The notes beneath the pieces were generated by a model. It did no database searches. It was not told the DNA's origin and saw nothing but the letters and a program-made list of their open reading frames with translations. The position numbers and the translations under genes are program-made. A stretch of DNA of 64,000 bases from Bacteroidaceae bacterium (lineage in GTDB: Bacteria; Bacteroidota; Bacteroidia; Bacteroidales; Bacteroidaceae): contig JAFUGG010000016.1 in assembly GCA_017469525.1 (NCBI GenBank), positions 77-64,076 on the forward strand, in the 5' to 3' direction. Below are positions 39,463 through 49,777 of the stretch, piece after piece; the stretch's first letter is position 1; the number at the start of each line of letters is the position of its first letter.

Positions 39463-40410
39463 ATGCAAATTAGAAGTCTTGTAACCATTGCCTACCATAC
39501 GCGTGAGAAGATAGAATATCTTATCCGTATGGCACAAGAGTTTGAGAAGCACCCCAACCGCCGCCTTCTCGAGGGCAGGATAGTAGCCACATTGTTCTTC
39601 GAACCCAGCACTCGCACCCGCCTCAGCTTCGAGACAGCCGCCAATCGTCTTGGTGCGAAGGTCATTGGATTCGCCGACCCGAAGGTGACAAGCGGCACGA
39701 AGGGCGAGACCCTGAAGGACACGATTATGATGGTGTCGAACTATGCCGACATTATCGTGATGCGTCATTATCTGGAGGGTGCAGCCCAGTATGCCAGCGA
39801 GGTGTCGCCTGTGCCCATCGTCAATGCAGGCGATGGAGCCAATCAGCATCCCAGCCAGACGATGCTCGACCTCTATACCATCTATCAGACGCAAGGAACG
39901 CTCGAGAACCTCAACATCTATCTGGTTGGTGACCTCAAGTATGGCAGGACGGTTCACAGCCTCCTGACGGCTATGCGCCACTTCAATCCGACCTTCCACT
40001 TCATTGCTCCCGACGAGCTTGCCATGCCTGAGCACTACAAGATGTACTGCCGCGAGAAAGGCATCAGATTCGTGGAGCATCAGGACTTCGATGCTGACAC
40101 AATTGCAGGAGCAGACATATTATATATGACGCGCGTGCAAAGGGAACGCTTCACAGACCTCGACGAGTACGAACGTGTCAAGGACCGTTACCTCCTGACC
40201 CTCCCTATGCTTGCGAAGGCAAAGCCAAACATGAAGATACTTCATCCGCTGCCTCGCGTCAACGAGATAGAGTATAGCATCGACGACACGCCCTATGCCT
40301 ACTATTTCCAGCAGGCTCGAAACGGCCTCTATGCGCGTCAGGCTATCCTTTGCGACACGCTTGGCATTACACTCGAAGACATTATCAACGACAAAACAAT
40401 CATCTCATGA
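39463..40410 (+). CDS. pyrB: Aspartate carbamoyltransferase catalytic subunit
   Basis: [17 protein letters not shown] and HPLPR motifs. The start at MQIRSLV follows a TATCTTTG box at 39435-39442. Confidence 0.9.
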   Translation: MQIRSLVTIAYHTREKIEYLIRMAQEFEKHPNRRLLEGRIVATLFFEPSTRTRLSFETAANRLGAKVIGFADPKVTSGTKGETLKDTIMMVSNYADIIVMRHYLEGAAQYASEVSPVPIVNAGDGANQHPSQTMLDLYTIYQTQGTLENLNIYLVGDLKYGRTVHSLLTAMRHFNPTFHFIAPDELAMPEHYKMYCREKGIRFVEHQDFDADTIAGADILYMTRVQRERFTDLDEYERVKDRYLLTLPMLAKAKPNMKILHPLPRVNEIEYSIDDTPYAYYFQQARNGLYARQAILCDTLGITLEDIINDKTIIS

Positions 40411-40862
40411 AAAGACAGGAACTCCAGGTGGCTGCCCTCGAGAACGGCACAGTCATCGACCACATACCTTCCTCTAAGCTCTTCGAAGTAATCAGCCTGC
40501 TCCATCTTGAGGGAGAGCGGTCGGCAGTGACTGTTGGCTACAACCTCAAGAGCAAGAAGATGGGCAGTAAGAGCATCATCAAGATTGCCGGCAAGTTCTT
40601 CTCCGACGACGAGATTAACCAGCTGAGCGTTGTGGCTCCCAATGTTACGCTAAGCGTCATTCGCGACTATGAGGTGGTGGAGAAGAAGGAAGTAAGGATG
40701 CCAGAAGAGCTGATTGGCATCGTGCGTTGTGACAATCATAAATGCATCACCAACAATGAGCCGATGCAAACGCGCTTCCATTTTCTTGGCAAGGAAAGAG
40801 GAACCCTTCAGTGCCACTACTGTAACAGAGAAATAAGTCTGGCAGACGTCAAATTGGTATAA
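40407..40862 (+). CDS. pyrI: Aspartate carbamoyltransferase regulatory subunit
   Basis: [16 protein letters not shown] is followed by a C-terminal zinc domain (CDNHKCITN...CHYC). The ATGA overlap with the pyrB stop suggests translational coupling. Confidence 0.9.
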   Translation: MKRQELQVAALENGTVIDHIPSSKLFEVISLLHLEGERSAVTVGYNLKSKKMGSKSIIKIAGKFFSDDEINQLSVVAPNVTLSVIRDYEVVEKKEVRMPEELIGIVRCDNHKCITNNEPMQTRFHFLGKERGTLQCHYCNREISLADVKLV

Positions 40863-40941
40863 GGAGCCCCCTCCCCATCCACCCCGAGGGGAGGGGATGT
40901 TTAAGCAAACAAGTATTTAATTGTTAATAGTGTAATCGTAA

Positions 40942-42222
40942 ATGAATCAGGATTCAACAATCTTCTCCCTCATTGAGAAGGAGAACCAGCGACAGCGTCG
41001 AGGCATGGAACTCATTGCCTCAGAGAACTATGTGAGTGACCAGGTTATGGCAGCCATGGGCTCGTGCCTGACCAATAAATATGCCGAGGGCTATCCTGGC
41101 AAGCGCTATTATGGCGGCTGTCAGGTGGTGGATGAGGTGGAGCAACTTGCCATCGACCGCATCTGCAAGCTCTTCGACGCAGAGTATGCCAACGTGCAGC
41201 CTCATTCGGGCGCTCAGGCCAATGCAGCCGTCTTCCTGGCTTGCCTGAATCCTGGTGACACCTTTATGGGCTTGAACCTCGACCACGGTGGGCACCTCAG
41301 CCACGGTTCTCTCGTCAACACGAGTGGCATCATCTATAAGCCAATCGGCTACAACCTGAAGAAGGAGACTGGTCGTGTGGATTACGACGAGATGGAACAG
41401 CTCGCTCTTGAGCACAAGCCTAAGCTCATCATTGGTGGTGGCTCTGCTTACAGCCGTGAGTGGGACTATAAGCGCATGCGTCAGATTGCTGACAAGGTGG
41501 GTGCCATCCTGATGATTGACATGGCACATCCTGCAGGCCTTATCGCCGCTGGCCTTCTCGACAATCCCGTGAAGTATGCTCACATCGTGACCAGCACAAC
41601 CCACAAGACGCTTCGTGGCCCTCGTGGAGGTATCATCCTCATGGGCAAGGACTTCGACAATCCTTGGGGCAAGACGACTCCAAAGAGCGAGGTCAAGAAG
41701 ATGTCGGCTTTGCTGAACAGCGCTGTCTTCCCTGGCATTCAGGGCGGTCCGCTGGAGCACGTCATCGCAGCCAAGGCTGTTGCTTTTGGCGAGGCTTTGC
41801 AGCCTGAGTTCAAGGAGTGGGCAAAGCAGGTAAAGAAGAACGCTGCTGTGCTGGCAGACGAACTGATGAAGCGTGGCTTCGACATCGTCAGTGGTGGTAC
41901 GGACAATCACTCAATGCTGGTTGACCTGCGCTCGAAGTATCCTGACCTCACAGGTAAGGTGGCAGAGAAGGCACTTGTGGCAGCCGACCTGACCGTGAAC
42001 AAGAACATGGTTCCCTTCGATAGCCGCAGCGCTTTCCAGACTTCAGGCATCCGTCTTGGCACGCCAGCTCTCACGACTCGTGGTGCTAAGGAAGACTTGA
42101 TGGTGAAGATTGCTGAGTTCATCGAACGCGTGCTGAATGCTCCAGAAGATGAGGCTGTCATCGCTCAGGTACGCAGCGAGGTGAACGCCATCATGGAGAA
42201 GTACCCCATCTTCGCTTACTAA
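40942..42222 (+). CDS. glyA: Serine hydroxymethyltransferase
   Basis: [20 protein letters not shown] and [14 protein letters not shown] (PLP lysine context). Confidence 0.95.
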   Translation: MNQDSTIFSLIEKENQRQRRGMELIASENYVSDQVMAAMGSCLTNKYAEGYPGKRYYGGCQVVDEVEQLAIDRICKLFDAEYANVQPHSGAQANAAVFLACLNPGDTFMGLNLDHGGHLSHGSLVNTSGIIYKPIGYNLKKETGRVDYDEMEQLALEHKPKLIIGGGSAYSREWDYKRMRQIADKVGAILMIDMAHPAGLIAAGLLDNPVKYAHIVTSTTHKTLRGPRGGIILMGKDFDNPWGKTTPKSEVKKMSALLNSAVFPGIQGGPLEHVIAAKAVAFGEALQPEFKEWAKQVKKNAAVLADELMKRGFDIVSGGTDNHSMLVDLRSKYPDLTGKVAEKALVAADLTVNKNMVPFDSRSAFQTSGIRLGTPALTTRGAKEDLMVKIAEFIERVLNAPEDEAVIAQVRSEVNAIMEKYPIFAY

Positions 42223-42268
42223 GGTTTCGACATATCTCAGAACAAAGAAGGCACTTTAAATTACAAAG

Positions 42269-42364
42269 TAGCATTATAAAAACAACGGATTTCACAGATT
42301 TTACGGATTTAGTCTATGCGAATAATCCGTTTAATTCGTGGAATCCGTTGTTTTTATAATGCTA
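42269..42364. terminator. Long bipartite hairpin between convergent glyA and purU (bidirectional terminator candidate)
   Basis: The 27-nt arms TAGCATTATAAAAACAACGGATTTCAC (42269-42295) and GTGGAATCCGTTGTTTTTATAATGCTA (42338-42364) are complementary with one mismatch. An inner ACGGATT/AATCCGT stem is also present. The spacer carries the CACAGATTTTACGGA motif. Confidence 0.6.
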
Positions 42365-42381
42365 TTATGTGTCCTCGTGGC

Positions 42382-43254
42382 TTAGCTGAAGATGACCGTC
42401 TTGTTCTTGTAGGTCAGAATCTTTCGCTGGATGTGTTTTGATACGGCACGCGAGAGGACAATCTTCTCCAGGTCTTTACCTTTCAGGACGAGGCTTTCGG
42501 GCGTGTCTTTGTGAGTGATTCGTGCTACGTCCTGTTCGATGATGGGGCCTGCATCGAGTTCAGCCGTGACGTAGTGGCTGGTGGCACCAATGATTTTGAC
42601 ACCTCGCTCGTAAGCCTGATGATAAGGCTTCGCTCCGATGAAAGCGGGCAGGAATGAATGGTGGATGTTGATGATGTGATGCGGATAGGCGGCTATCATC
42701 TCGTCGCTGATGATTTGCATGTAGCGTGCCAGGACGATGAACGAGACGTCCTCCTTCCTGAGCAGTTCCATCTCTGCAGCCTCCACTTCTGCCTTGTTCG
42801 AGTGGTCTTTGTTGATGCTCCAGACGTAGAAGGGAATGCCGAACTGGTCGGCTACGTAGCGTAAGTCCTCGTGGTTCGATATGATGCAGGGAATCTCGCA
42901 GTCGAACTCTCCAGCCTTCCATCGCGCCAGCATGTCGTAGAGGCAATGGCTCATCTTGCTGACGAAGATAGCCATGCGTGGACGTTTGTCGCTGTAGTAG
43001 AGACTGAACTTCATCTGGTAGCGCTGCGAATAGAGCGTGTCGATGTAGTCGTAGAGCTTGTCGCGCGGAATCAGGAACCCTTCCAGTTCCCATTCTATGC
43101 GCATGAAGAACATCCCTTCTATCTTATCGACGTACTGGTCCAGATAGACGATGTTGCCCTTGTTGTCAGTGATGAACTTCGTCACTTCCGAGATGATGCC
43201 CTGCTGGTCGGGGCAGTGAAGCAGGAGTATGGCAGTGGTGTATGGCTTGCTCAT
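42382..43254 (-). CDS. purU: Formyltetrahydrofolate deformylase
   Basis: An ACT-like N-terminal domain (ILLLHCPDQQGIISEVTKFI) precedes the formyltransferase core (IINIHHSFLPAFIGAKPYHQA). Confidence 0.9.
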   Translation of the reverse strand: MSKPYTTAILLLHCPDQQGIISEVTKFITDNKGNIVYLDQYVDKIEGMFFMRIEWELEGFLIPRDKLYDYIDTLYSQRYQMKFSLYYSDKRPRMAIFVSKMSHCLYDMLARWKAGEFDCEIPCIISNHEDLRYVADQFGIPFYVWSINKDHSNKAEVEAAEMELLRKEDVSFIVLARYMQIISDEMIAAYPHHIINIHHSFLPAFIGAKPYHQAYERGVKIIGATSHYVTAELDAGPIIEQDVARITHKDTPESLVLKGKDLEKIVLSRAVSKHIQRKILTYKNKTVIFS

Positions 43255-43389
43255 TGTGATGGAATTGTGTCAGTTATCTGAAATCGGGTGCAAAAGTAGT
43301 ACAAATTCTTCAAATAGGCAAGAAAAATCGTACAAATCGAGAATGCGGATAGAAATGACAGGTCTCTAAGGCAAAAGGGACTCGTCCCT

Positions 43390-43647
43390 AAAATCGACGT
43401 GAGGATTTGGCAAAATCGACGTGAGGATTTCATCAAATCCACTGCAGGATTTGGGCAAATCCTCTGCAGGATTTTCCGAGTTTTGCAAGTGATTGGGAAA
43501 CAAAGCTATAGAAAAACGTAAAAACTTCTCTGCAGAAGTTGGCCAACTTCTCTGCAGAAGTTGTCAAAGTTCTCTGCAGAAGTTTGCGAAGTTCTCTAGT
43601 CAAGCTTTAGCTCGACGCCAGTCAAGTTTCAACTCGACGCCAGTCAA
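43390..43647. repeat. Array of doubled/tripled short words, several palindromic around CTGCAG
   Basis: AAAATCGACGTGAGGATTT occurs twice (43390, 43412). AAATCCNCTGCAGGATTT occurs twice (43435, 43457). TTCTCTGCAGAAGTT occurs three times (43526, 43548, 43570). CTCGACGCCAGTCAA occurs twice (43611, 43633). Confidence 0.85.
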
Positions 43648-43749
43648 CCGACAGGTCGACGTCTGTCAAGTTTTTTCGTTTTGTTTGGTGTTTGACTCAG
43701 AAAATCGAATCTTTGTGGCAGATATATTAACCTAAAAAAATAAATAATT

Positions 43750-44058
43750 ATGATTCGTAAACTTTTACTCCTTCTTTTTGCTCTGTTGCCTTTGGTGGCA
43801 AGCGCTTATGATGTCGAGTCAAATGGCGTCTATTACGACATCTCGGAAGACGGAGCAACCGTGACTTATCGTGACGGCAACTACAACTCCTATTCTGGTA
43901 GAGTTTACATTGCCTCATCTATTGATTATGGTGGCAAGACTTACCCTGTGACCAGCATTGGAGACTATGCTTTCTATGAGTGCGAGGAATTGACCTATGT
44001 CTATATTCCTACCTCTGTGAAAAGTATCGGCGATTGGACTTTCTATTATTGTATTTAG
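43750..44058 (+). pseudogene. Truncated BspA-type leucine-rich-repeat surface protein (N-terminal fragment)
   Basis: A signal peptide is followed by LRR-like [35 protein letters not shown], and the ORF stops after 102 aa. Proteins of this family are normally much longer. Confidence 0.5.
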
Positions 44059-44201
44059 AGGTCTCTAAACAACCACAAACAACGAAAAACACATAGAGAT
44101 AAACATTTGTATATTAATCGCTTTTAGATTTTAACACTTCGGAAGCTGTTTTTGGCCGCTTCGGAAATTCCCTATAAATTTGCAACGTATGTATTGAGGT
44201 C

Positions 44202-44582
44202 TTGGTGGAGCCGATGATGCAGGCTATCCTCGAGCGCTATCCTTCGCAGACGGTCTACCTGCTACCTATCTTGTCGAAAACGGAAGGCCCGGAGGCTGTC
44301 TATCAGCAATACCGCTATGCCCTCTGGCGATACAATGCTTGTCTTGACATGTTGGGAAGGATGCTCGGCGGACTGAAACTCACCTCCTACGTCAGCCGAC
44401 ATTCTTGGGCATCAGCAGCACGACAGCAGAATGTGCCTCTGTCCGTCATTAGCCAGTCCATGGGGCACGACGGCGAGAAGGCAACGGAGATTTATCTGAA
44501 ATCTCTCGAAGAGGGCGTCATCAACAAGACAAACCACGACCTGCTGAACAATGTGTTTGGGAAAACTGGAAAGAAAATGTAA
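44202..44582 (+). pseudogene. Tyrosine recombinase/integrase, C-terminal fragment only
   Basis: SRHSWASAARQQNVPLSVISQSMGHDGEKATEIYL carries the HxxR, GH and Y catalytic context of the last third of tyrosine recombinases. No N-terminal core-binding region is present upstream. Confidence 0.65.
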
Positions 44583-44823
44583 GAAACAAACAAGAATGTC
44601 TCTCTTAATAAGAAAGGCAGAGCACTCGCATCTGTTTGAAATACAAACTGTCCGAAAGATGTTGATTTGTAAGAAAGCGAAACTTTTGCTTGTTTCTGCC
44701 TTTCTACATAAAGTAATACATCACTATGTAATATCTACTGACAATTTGTGAATATGGAACGAAAGCAATTGACAATAAGTTAAATTTTCTTCAGGTTTAT
44801 TTTGTTGGTATTGTTATATTTCG

Positions 44824-44831
44824 TACCTTTG
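44824..44831 (+). promoter_or_regulatory. Bacteroidota -7 box (TACCTTTG) of the capsule locus
   Basis: A TAnnTTTG match lies about 140 nt upstream of the UpxY-like gene. This is consistent with the long leaders of Bacteroidales CPS operons. Confidence 0.5.
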
Positions 44832-44970
44832 CATTTGAATTAACAACATCTCTTAGTAAGAGTAAGAGAGGCAGTGCTTTTTGTAATGCAACAACGTCCA
44901 TGGAGAAGGATGGCATGTGCATCAAGAAGTCGTTAGCCTATGATTACGAGAGAGTTGTTATGAAGCATTA

Positions 44971-45576
44971 ATGGCGAAAAGAGAAGGGAAAACGATAGGC
45001 ACAGCCTGTATGAGTCCGGATGTCTTGCATACGGATTGTGGCCTTGCCGTACCCGAAACTCACTTGCGATGGTTCATTGCCGAGTGCATGCCGACCAAGG
45101 AAAAGACCGTCCGCACCTTGCTTCAGAACGCCGGATACGAGGCATATCTGGCCAGCCACAGCGAGACCGTCGTCTACAAGAGTCGCAATCGTCGCGTCAA
45201 GGAGAAAATCATCATCCCCGGGAAAGTATTCGTTCGCACGGAAAAAAGAAAGCTCATGAGCATCTTGCTTGCCTTTTCTTCCGTGTGGCGCTTCATGCTC
45301 GACCGTTCGACGAAGGACAGAAGGTTTGCCTATGTCTCTGACCTTGAGATGCAAAACCTTCAATATATGCTTGGCAGCGCAGCCAGTCCGGTGCACATCA
45401 CGGCCGACAGCCTCAAGGTGGATCAGCCAGTTCGGGTGGTGAGAGGCGCGCTGGCAGGGCTCGAAGGTTGGTTCTACAAAGAGGGACACGCCTCTTTCGT
45501 CGTCATCAAAATGACGATGGGCACCAGCCATTATGTCTATACCGAAGTCCCTTTGGACGACATTCAGCTTCTTTAA
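44971..45576 (+). CDS. UpxY-family (NusG-like) transcription antiterminator
   Basis: WFIAECMPTKEK...AYLA (NGN-like) and a KOW-like segment GQPVRVVRGALAGLEGWFYKE. It is the first gene of the capsule locus. The true start may be an internal ATG. Confidence 0.7.
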   Translation: MAKREGKTIGTACMSPDVLHTDCGLAVPETHLRWFIAECMPTKEKTVRTLLQNAGYEAYLASHSETVVYKSRNRRVKEKIIIPGKVFVRTEKRKLMSILLAFSSVWRFMLDRSTKDRRFAYVSDLEMQNLQYMLGSAASPVHITADSLKVDQPVRVVRGALAGLEGWFYKEGHASFVVIKMTMGTSHYVYTEVPLDDIQLL

Positions 45577-45666
45577 GAAAAAACTTTCTCTTCCAAGTAA
45601 CCCAATATCCTGTATGGGGCAATCAGCATCCCCATAAAGGGTAATAAATTTTCTATACCTAAACTT

Positions 45667-46830
45667 ATGAAACAATTCAAGAACGACGGCAGGTTGAAGC
45701 TGCTGATTATCGTGGGCACGCGGCCTGAAATCATACGTCTGGCTGCCGTCATCAACAAGTGTCGGCAGTATTTCGACTGCCTTTTGGCGCACACAGGACA
45801 GAACTACGACTACAATCTCAATGGGGTTTTCTTTAAGGACCTCAAGCTTCAGGACCCCGACATCTACATGGAAGCTGTGGGCAATGACCTGGGCGAGACG
45901 ATGGGAAACATCATTGCCAAGAGCTATCAGCTCATGGTTGAAGTGAAGCCTGAAGCTGTTCTGGTGCTCGGAGACACCAATTCCTGCCTCTCCGTCATCG
46001 GTGCCAAGCGCCTGCACATCCCCATCTTCCACATGGAAGCAGGCAACCGCTGCAAGGACGAATGCCTTCCCGAAGAAACGAACCGCCGCATTGTGGACAT
46101 CATTTCTGACGTCAACATGGCCTACAGCGAGCATGCCCGCCGCTATCTTGCCGACACTGGTCTGCCAAAGGAACGCACTTATGTGACGGGAAGCCCCATG
46201 GCCGAGGTGCTTCACAACAACTTAAAGGAGATAGAAGCAAGCGACATCCACAAGCGCTTAGGCCTAGAGAAAGGCAAATACATCCTGCTTTCCGCCCACA
46301 GGGAAGAGAACATCGACACGGAGAAGAACTTTCTCTCGCTCTTCAATGCCATCAATAAGATGGCGGAGAAATACGACATGCCCATCCTCTACAGCTGTCA
46401 TCCACGCTCCCGAAAGCGCTTGGAGCAGTCGGGCTTTCAGCTCGACAGGCGCGTCATACAGCATGAACCCTTGGGCTTCCATGACTACAACTGCCTTCAG
46501 ATGAATGCATTTGCCGTGGTGAGCGACAGCGGAACCCTTCCGGAGGAAAGCAGTTTCTTCACCAGCATCGGGCATCCTTTTCCTGCCGTCTGCATCCGCA
46601 CCAGTACCGAGCGCCCCGAGGCCTTGGACAAAGGCTGTTTCGTGCTGAGCGGCATCGACACGAAGGGCCTGCTGCAGAGCGTTGATGTGGCAGTGAGCCT
46701 CATCCGCGACGGTCTGCCCGGCATCCCCGTGCCCGACTATGTCGATGAGAATGTCAGCACCAAGGTTGTCCGCATCATCCAGAGCTACGTTGGCGTCGTG
46801 AACAAAATGGTCTGGAGGAAAGAGCAATGA
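45667..46830 (+). CDS. fnlC: UDP-N-acetylglucosamine 2-epimerase, FnlC/CapG type
   Basis: LLIIVGTRPEIIRLAAVI...HTGQNYDYNLNGVFFKDL is typical of the non-hydrolysing FnlC/Cap5G epimerases. It overlaps the next gene by 4 nt. Confidence 0.7.
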   Translation: MKQFKNDGRLKLLIIVGTRPEIIRLAAVINKCRQYFDCLLAHTGQNYDYNLNGVFFKDLKLQDPDIYMEAVGNDLGETMGNIIAKSYQLMVEVKPEAVLVLGDTNSCLSVIGAKRLHIPIFHMEAGNRCKDECLPEETNRRIVDIISDVNMAYSEHARRYLADTGLPKERTYVTGSPMAEVLHNNLKEIEASDIHKRLGLEKGKYILLSAHREENIDTEKNFLSLFNAINKMAEKYDMPILYSCHPRSRKRLEQSGFQLDRRVIQHEPLGFHDYNCLQMNAFAVVSDSGTLPEESSFFTSIGHPFPAVCIRTSTERPEALDKGCFVLSGIDTKGLLQSVDVAVSLIRDGLPGIPVPDYVDENVSTKVVRIIQSYVGVVNKMVWRKEQ

Positions 46831-48032
46831 AGATACTTGTTACAGGCGCCAAGGGGTTTGTAGGAAAGAACCTCTGCTGGGCGTTGAGGAACATCAAGGA
46901 AGGCAAGGACAGGCGTTTCCCAAACCTACAGATTGAGGAAATCTTCGAGTACGACCTGGATTCCACTCCCGAGGAGTTGGACGCCTGGTGCAGTGACTGC
47001 GACTTCGTCTTCAACCTTGCTGGGGTGAACCGTCCGCAGAACCAGGAGGAGTTCATGCAAGGCAACTTCGGCTTTGCCAGCACGTTGCTCGACACGCTAA
47101 AGGTTCACGGCAACAAGTGCCCCGTTATGCTTTCGTCGAGCCAGCAGGCATCCTTGACGGGTCGTTTCGGCAACTCGGAGTACGGACGCAGTAAGAAGGC
47201 CGGCGAGGACTTGTTCCTGGCCTATGGCAAAGAGGTCGGTGCGAGGGTCTTGATTTATCGTTTCCCCAATCTCTTCGGCAAGTGGTGCCGTCCTAATTAC
47301 AATAGTGCTGTCGCCACCTTCTGCAATGCCTTTGCCAACGACCTGCCCTATACCGTCAACGATCCCAGTGTGGAGCTGGAGTTGCTGTATATTGATGACC
47401 TCGTTGATGAAATGATTGCCTGCCTGAAAGGTGAGGAGCATCATTGTGAGTTCAATGGTCTTGACGTGCTGCCACAGGCAGATGGCAGATACTGCTATGT
47501 CCCCACAACTCACAAAGCAACATTGGGTGAAATTGTCGAACTTCTAAAGTCCTTCGCAGAACAACCCAAGACTTTGATGATTCCTGAAATTGGGGAGGGT
47601 AGTTTTGCCAAGAAACTCTACTCCACGTATCTCAGTTATCTGCCTAAAGAGAAGGTGGCTTTTCCGCTAAAGATGAATGTCGATGACCGTGGCTCTTTTA
47701 CAGAGTTAGTGCATACTCTGAATGCTGGTCAGGTAAGCATCAACATCTCTAAGCCCGGTATCACGAAGGGGCAGCACTGGCACAACACCAAGTTCGAGCA
47801 GTTCATCGTAGTCAAGGGCCACGGCCTCATCCAGCAGCGTAACTTGAATGACCCCGAAGGTAAGGTGCTGGAGTGGGAGGTTTCAGGGGATAAGATTGAG
47901 GCCGTCCACATGCTCCCTGGCTATACGCACAATATCATCAACCTTTCCGAAACAGAGGACCTCGTCACGGTCATGTACTGCAACGAGATATTCAACCCCA
48001 ATAAGCCCGACACCTTCTTCGAGAAAGTTTAA
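46827..48032 (+). CDS. fnlB: CapF/FnlB-type reductase-epimerase (SDR domain plus C-terminal cupin)
   Basis: MKILVTGAKGFVGKNL Rossmann motif, YGRSK, and a C-terminal cupin-like region (DDRGSF...GQHWH). It lies between the CapG-like and CapE-like genes. Confidence 0.7.
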   Translation: MKILVTGAKGFVGKNLCWALRNIKEGKDRRFPNLQIEEIFEYDLDSTPEELDAWCSDCDFVFNLAGVNRPQNQEEFMQGNFGFASTLLDTLKVHGNKCPVMLSSSQQASLTGRFGNSEYGRSKKAGEDLFLAYGKEVGARVLIYRFPNLFGKWCRPNYNSAVATFCNAFANDLPYTVNDPSVELELLYIDDLVDEMIACLKGEEHHCEFNGLDVLPQADGRYCYVPTTHKATLGEIVELLKSFAEQPKTLMIPEIGEGSFAKKLYSTYLSYLPKEKVAFPLKMNVDDRGSFTELVHTLNAGQVSINISKPGITKGQHWHNTKFEQFIVVKGHGLIQQRNLNDPEGKVLEWEVSGDKIEAVHMLPGYTHNIINLSETEDLVTVMYCNEIFNPNKPDTFFEKV

Positions 48033-48034
48033 GG

Positions 48035-48087
48035 CACACGGAGAAGTAATTTAAAGGTCACACAGATTTTACGGAATACACAGATTC
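48035..48087. repeat. CACAGAT/CACGGA word repeats upstream of the GxxExxY gene
   Basis: CACACGGAGAAG...GGTCACACAGATTTTACGGAATACACAGATTC. It shares CACAGATTTTACGGA with the hairpin spacer at 42291-42306. Confidence 0.7.
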
Positions 48088-48102
48088 TTTTGCTAAGCAA
48101 AA

Positions 48103-48474
48103 ATGACGGACAACGAGCTGACTTACGAGATTAGAGGTGCTATTTTCGATGTATGTAATGAACTAGGTCCAGGTTTACTGGAGTCAGTTTATGAAGAAGC
48201 CTTGGCTTTCGAGCTCAAAGGAAGAGGGTTGAAAGTAGAACGTCAGGTTGAGGTTCCTATTCGGTACAAAGGAAATGAGCTCAAAACCCCTCTTCGACTT
48301 GATTTGCTCATCGAGAATCAAATTGTCGTAGAGTTAAAGTCAGTTGAAGAGATGAAGCCGGTGTTTGCAAAACAACTGCTTACATATTTAAGGCTTCTTA
48401 ATAAACGTGTTGGATTATTGGTCAATTTTTCGTCAAACAATATTCGTGAGGGAATAAGGCGAATAGTGAATTAG
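48103..48474 (+). CDS. GxxExxY-family protein (PD-(D/E)xK-like, PDDEXK_3)
   Basis: The 123-aa sequence has GPGLLESVYEEAL (the GxxExxY motif) and DLLIENQIVVELKSV (D...E.K). Confidence 0.85.
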   Translation: MTDNELTYEIRGAIFDVCNELGPGLLESVYEEALAFELKGRGLKVERQVEVPIRYKGNELKTPLRLDLLIENQIVVELKSVEEMKPVFAKQLLTYLRLLNKRVGLLVNFSSNNIREGIRRIVN

Positions 48475-48476
48475 TT

Positions 48477-48551
48477 GTCACACGGATTGCACAGATTACA
48501 CGGATGTTTTATAAAAAAAAGAATCTGTGATATCTGTGGTATCTGTGTGAG
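48477..48551. repeat. Imperfect inverted repeat of CACGGAT/CACAGAT words downstream of the GxxExxY gene
   Basis: The left arm GTCACACGGATTGCACAGATTACACGGAT and right arm ATCTGTGATATCTGTGGTATCTGTGTGAG are imperfectly complementary around an A8-containing loop. Confidence 0.7.
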
Positions 48552-48610
48552 ATAATAAGAGTTAATTTCTGTGTGAGACATAAGTAAGAACAAAATAATC
48601 AGTGTGAAAT

Positions 48611-49657
48611 ATGAGTTTATTCAAAGACAAAGTCCTCCTTATCACCGGAGGCACAGGTAGTTTCGGTAACGCAGTTCTTAACCGCTTCCTCAAGACAGAT
48701 ATCGGTGAGATCCGCATCTTCAGCCGCGACGAGAAAAAGCAGGACGATATGCGGCACGACTTCCAGGCACGTATGCCGGAGGTGGCGGGCAAGATCAAAT
48801 TCTACATCGGCGACGTGCGCAACAAGAGCACGCTGAAGTACGCGATGAAAGGTGTGGATTATGTCTTTCACGCTGCTGCGCTCAAGCAAGTCCCTAGCTG
48901 TGAGTTCTTCCCGATGGAGGCCGTCAAGACCAATGTCATCGGCACGGACAACACCTTAGATGCTGCTATCGACGCAGGCGTGAAGTGCGTCATCTGCCTC
49001 TCCACCGACAAGGCTGCGTATCCGATCAATGCGATGGGCATAACCAAAGCCATTGAAGAAAAGGTGGCCATCGCCAAGAGCCGCTACAGTGGTGATACGA
49101 AAATCTGCTGCACCCGCTACGGCAACGTGATGTGCTCGCGTGGCTCTGTCATCCCTCTCTGGATTGACCAGATCCGCAAGGGCAACCCCATCACGCTCAC
49201 TGAGCCGAAGATGACGCGCTTCATCATGTCGCTCGAAGAGGCCGTCGACTTGGTGCTCTTCGCCTTCGAGAACGGAGATAATGGCGACATCCTCGTCCAG
49301 AAAGCTCCCGCCTGCACCATCGGCACCCAGGCCGAGGCCGTCTGCGAGCTCTTCGGCGGCAAGAAAGAAGATATCAAGGTCATCGGCATCCGCCACGGCG
49401 AGAAGATGTACGAGACGCTCCTCACCAAGGAAGAGGCAGCCAAGGCGGTGGACATGGGCAACTTCTACCGCGTGCCGGCTGACAACCGCGACCTCAACTA
49501 CGACAAGTATTTCAAGGAGGGCGATGCCAAGCGGGCCACCATCGAGGAATTCAACAGCGACAACACCCGTCGGCTGAACCTCGAGGAGACGAAAGAGAAA
49601 ATAGCCAGCCTACAGTATATTCAGAATGAGCTGAACGGGATTCCGAATCTGGTTTAA
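48611..49657 (+). CDS. fnlA: UDP-GlcNAc 4,6-dehydratase/5-epimerase, CapE/FnlA type
   Basis: MSLFKDKVLLITGGTGSFGNAVLNRFLKTDIGEIRIFSRDEKKQDDM...KFYIGDVRN is the characteristic CapE/FnlA N-terminus. The length (348 aa) also fits. Confidence 0.8.
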   Translation: MSLFKDKVLLITGGTGSFGNAVLNRFLKTDIGEIRIFSRDEKKQDDMRHDFQARMPEVAGKIKFYIGDVRNKSTLKYAMKGVDYVFHAAALKQVPSCEFFPMEAVKTNVIGTDNTLDAAIDAGVKCVICLSTDKAAYPINAMGITKAIEEKVAIAKSRYSGDTKICCTRYGNVMCSRGSVIPLWIDQIRKGNPITLTEPKMTRFIMSLEEAVDLVLFAFENGDNGDILVQKAPACTIGTQAEAVCELFGGKKEDIKVIGIRHGEKMYETLLTKEEAAKAVDMGNFYRVPADNRDLNYDKYFKEGDAKRATIEEFNSDNTRRLNLEETKEKIASLQYIQNELNGIPNLV

Positions 49658-49677
49658 CGGGTCAAGGGGTTAGACCC
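49657..49677. repeat. Left copy of a 21-bp inverted repeat flanking the two Mfa2-like genes
   Basis: ACGGGTCAAGGGGTTAGACCC. The reverse complement of 51645-51665 is ACGGGTCAAGGGGTCAGACCC (20 of 21 identical). Confidence 0.8.
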
Positions 49678-49777
49678 GCCTTCCTGTGTATTTGCTGAAA
49701 AAAGAGCTAAATCAGGAGCATCCGTGTGAGCATCCTCCTGATGTAATCAATTATAAATCAATAAATACATTCAAACA

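Noticed and set aside
44583-44705. An 11-nt inverted repeat (AGAAAGGCAGA / TCTGCCTTTCT) upstream of the capsule-locus promoter, considered as invertible-promoter inverted repeats.
   Set aside because: The repeat does not enclose the -7 box at 44824-44831, and the arms are short. The adjacent recombinase gene is only a fragment.
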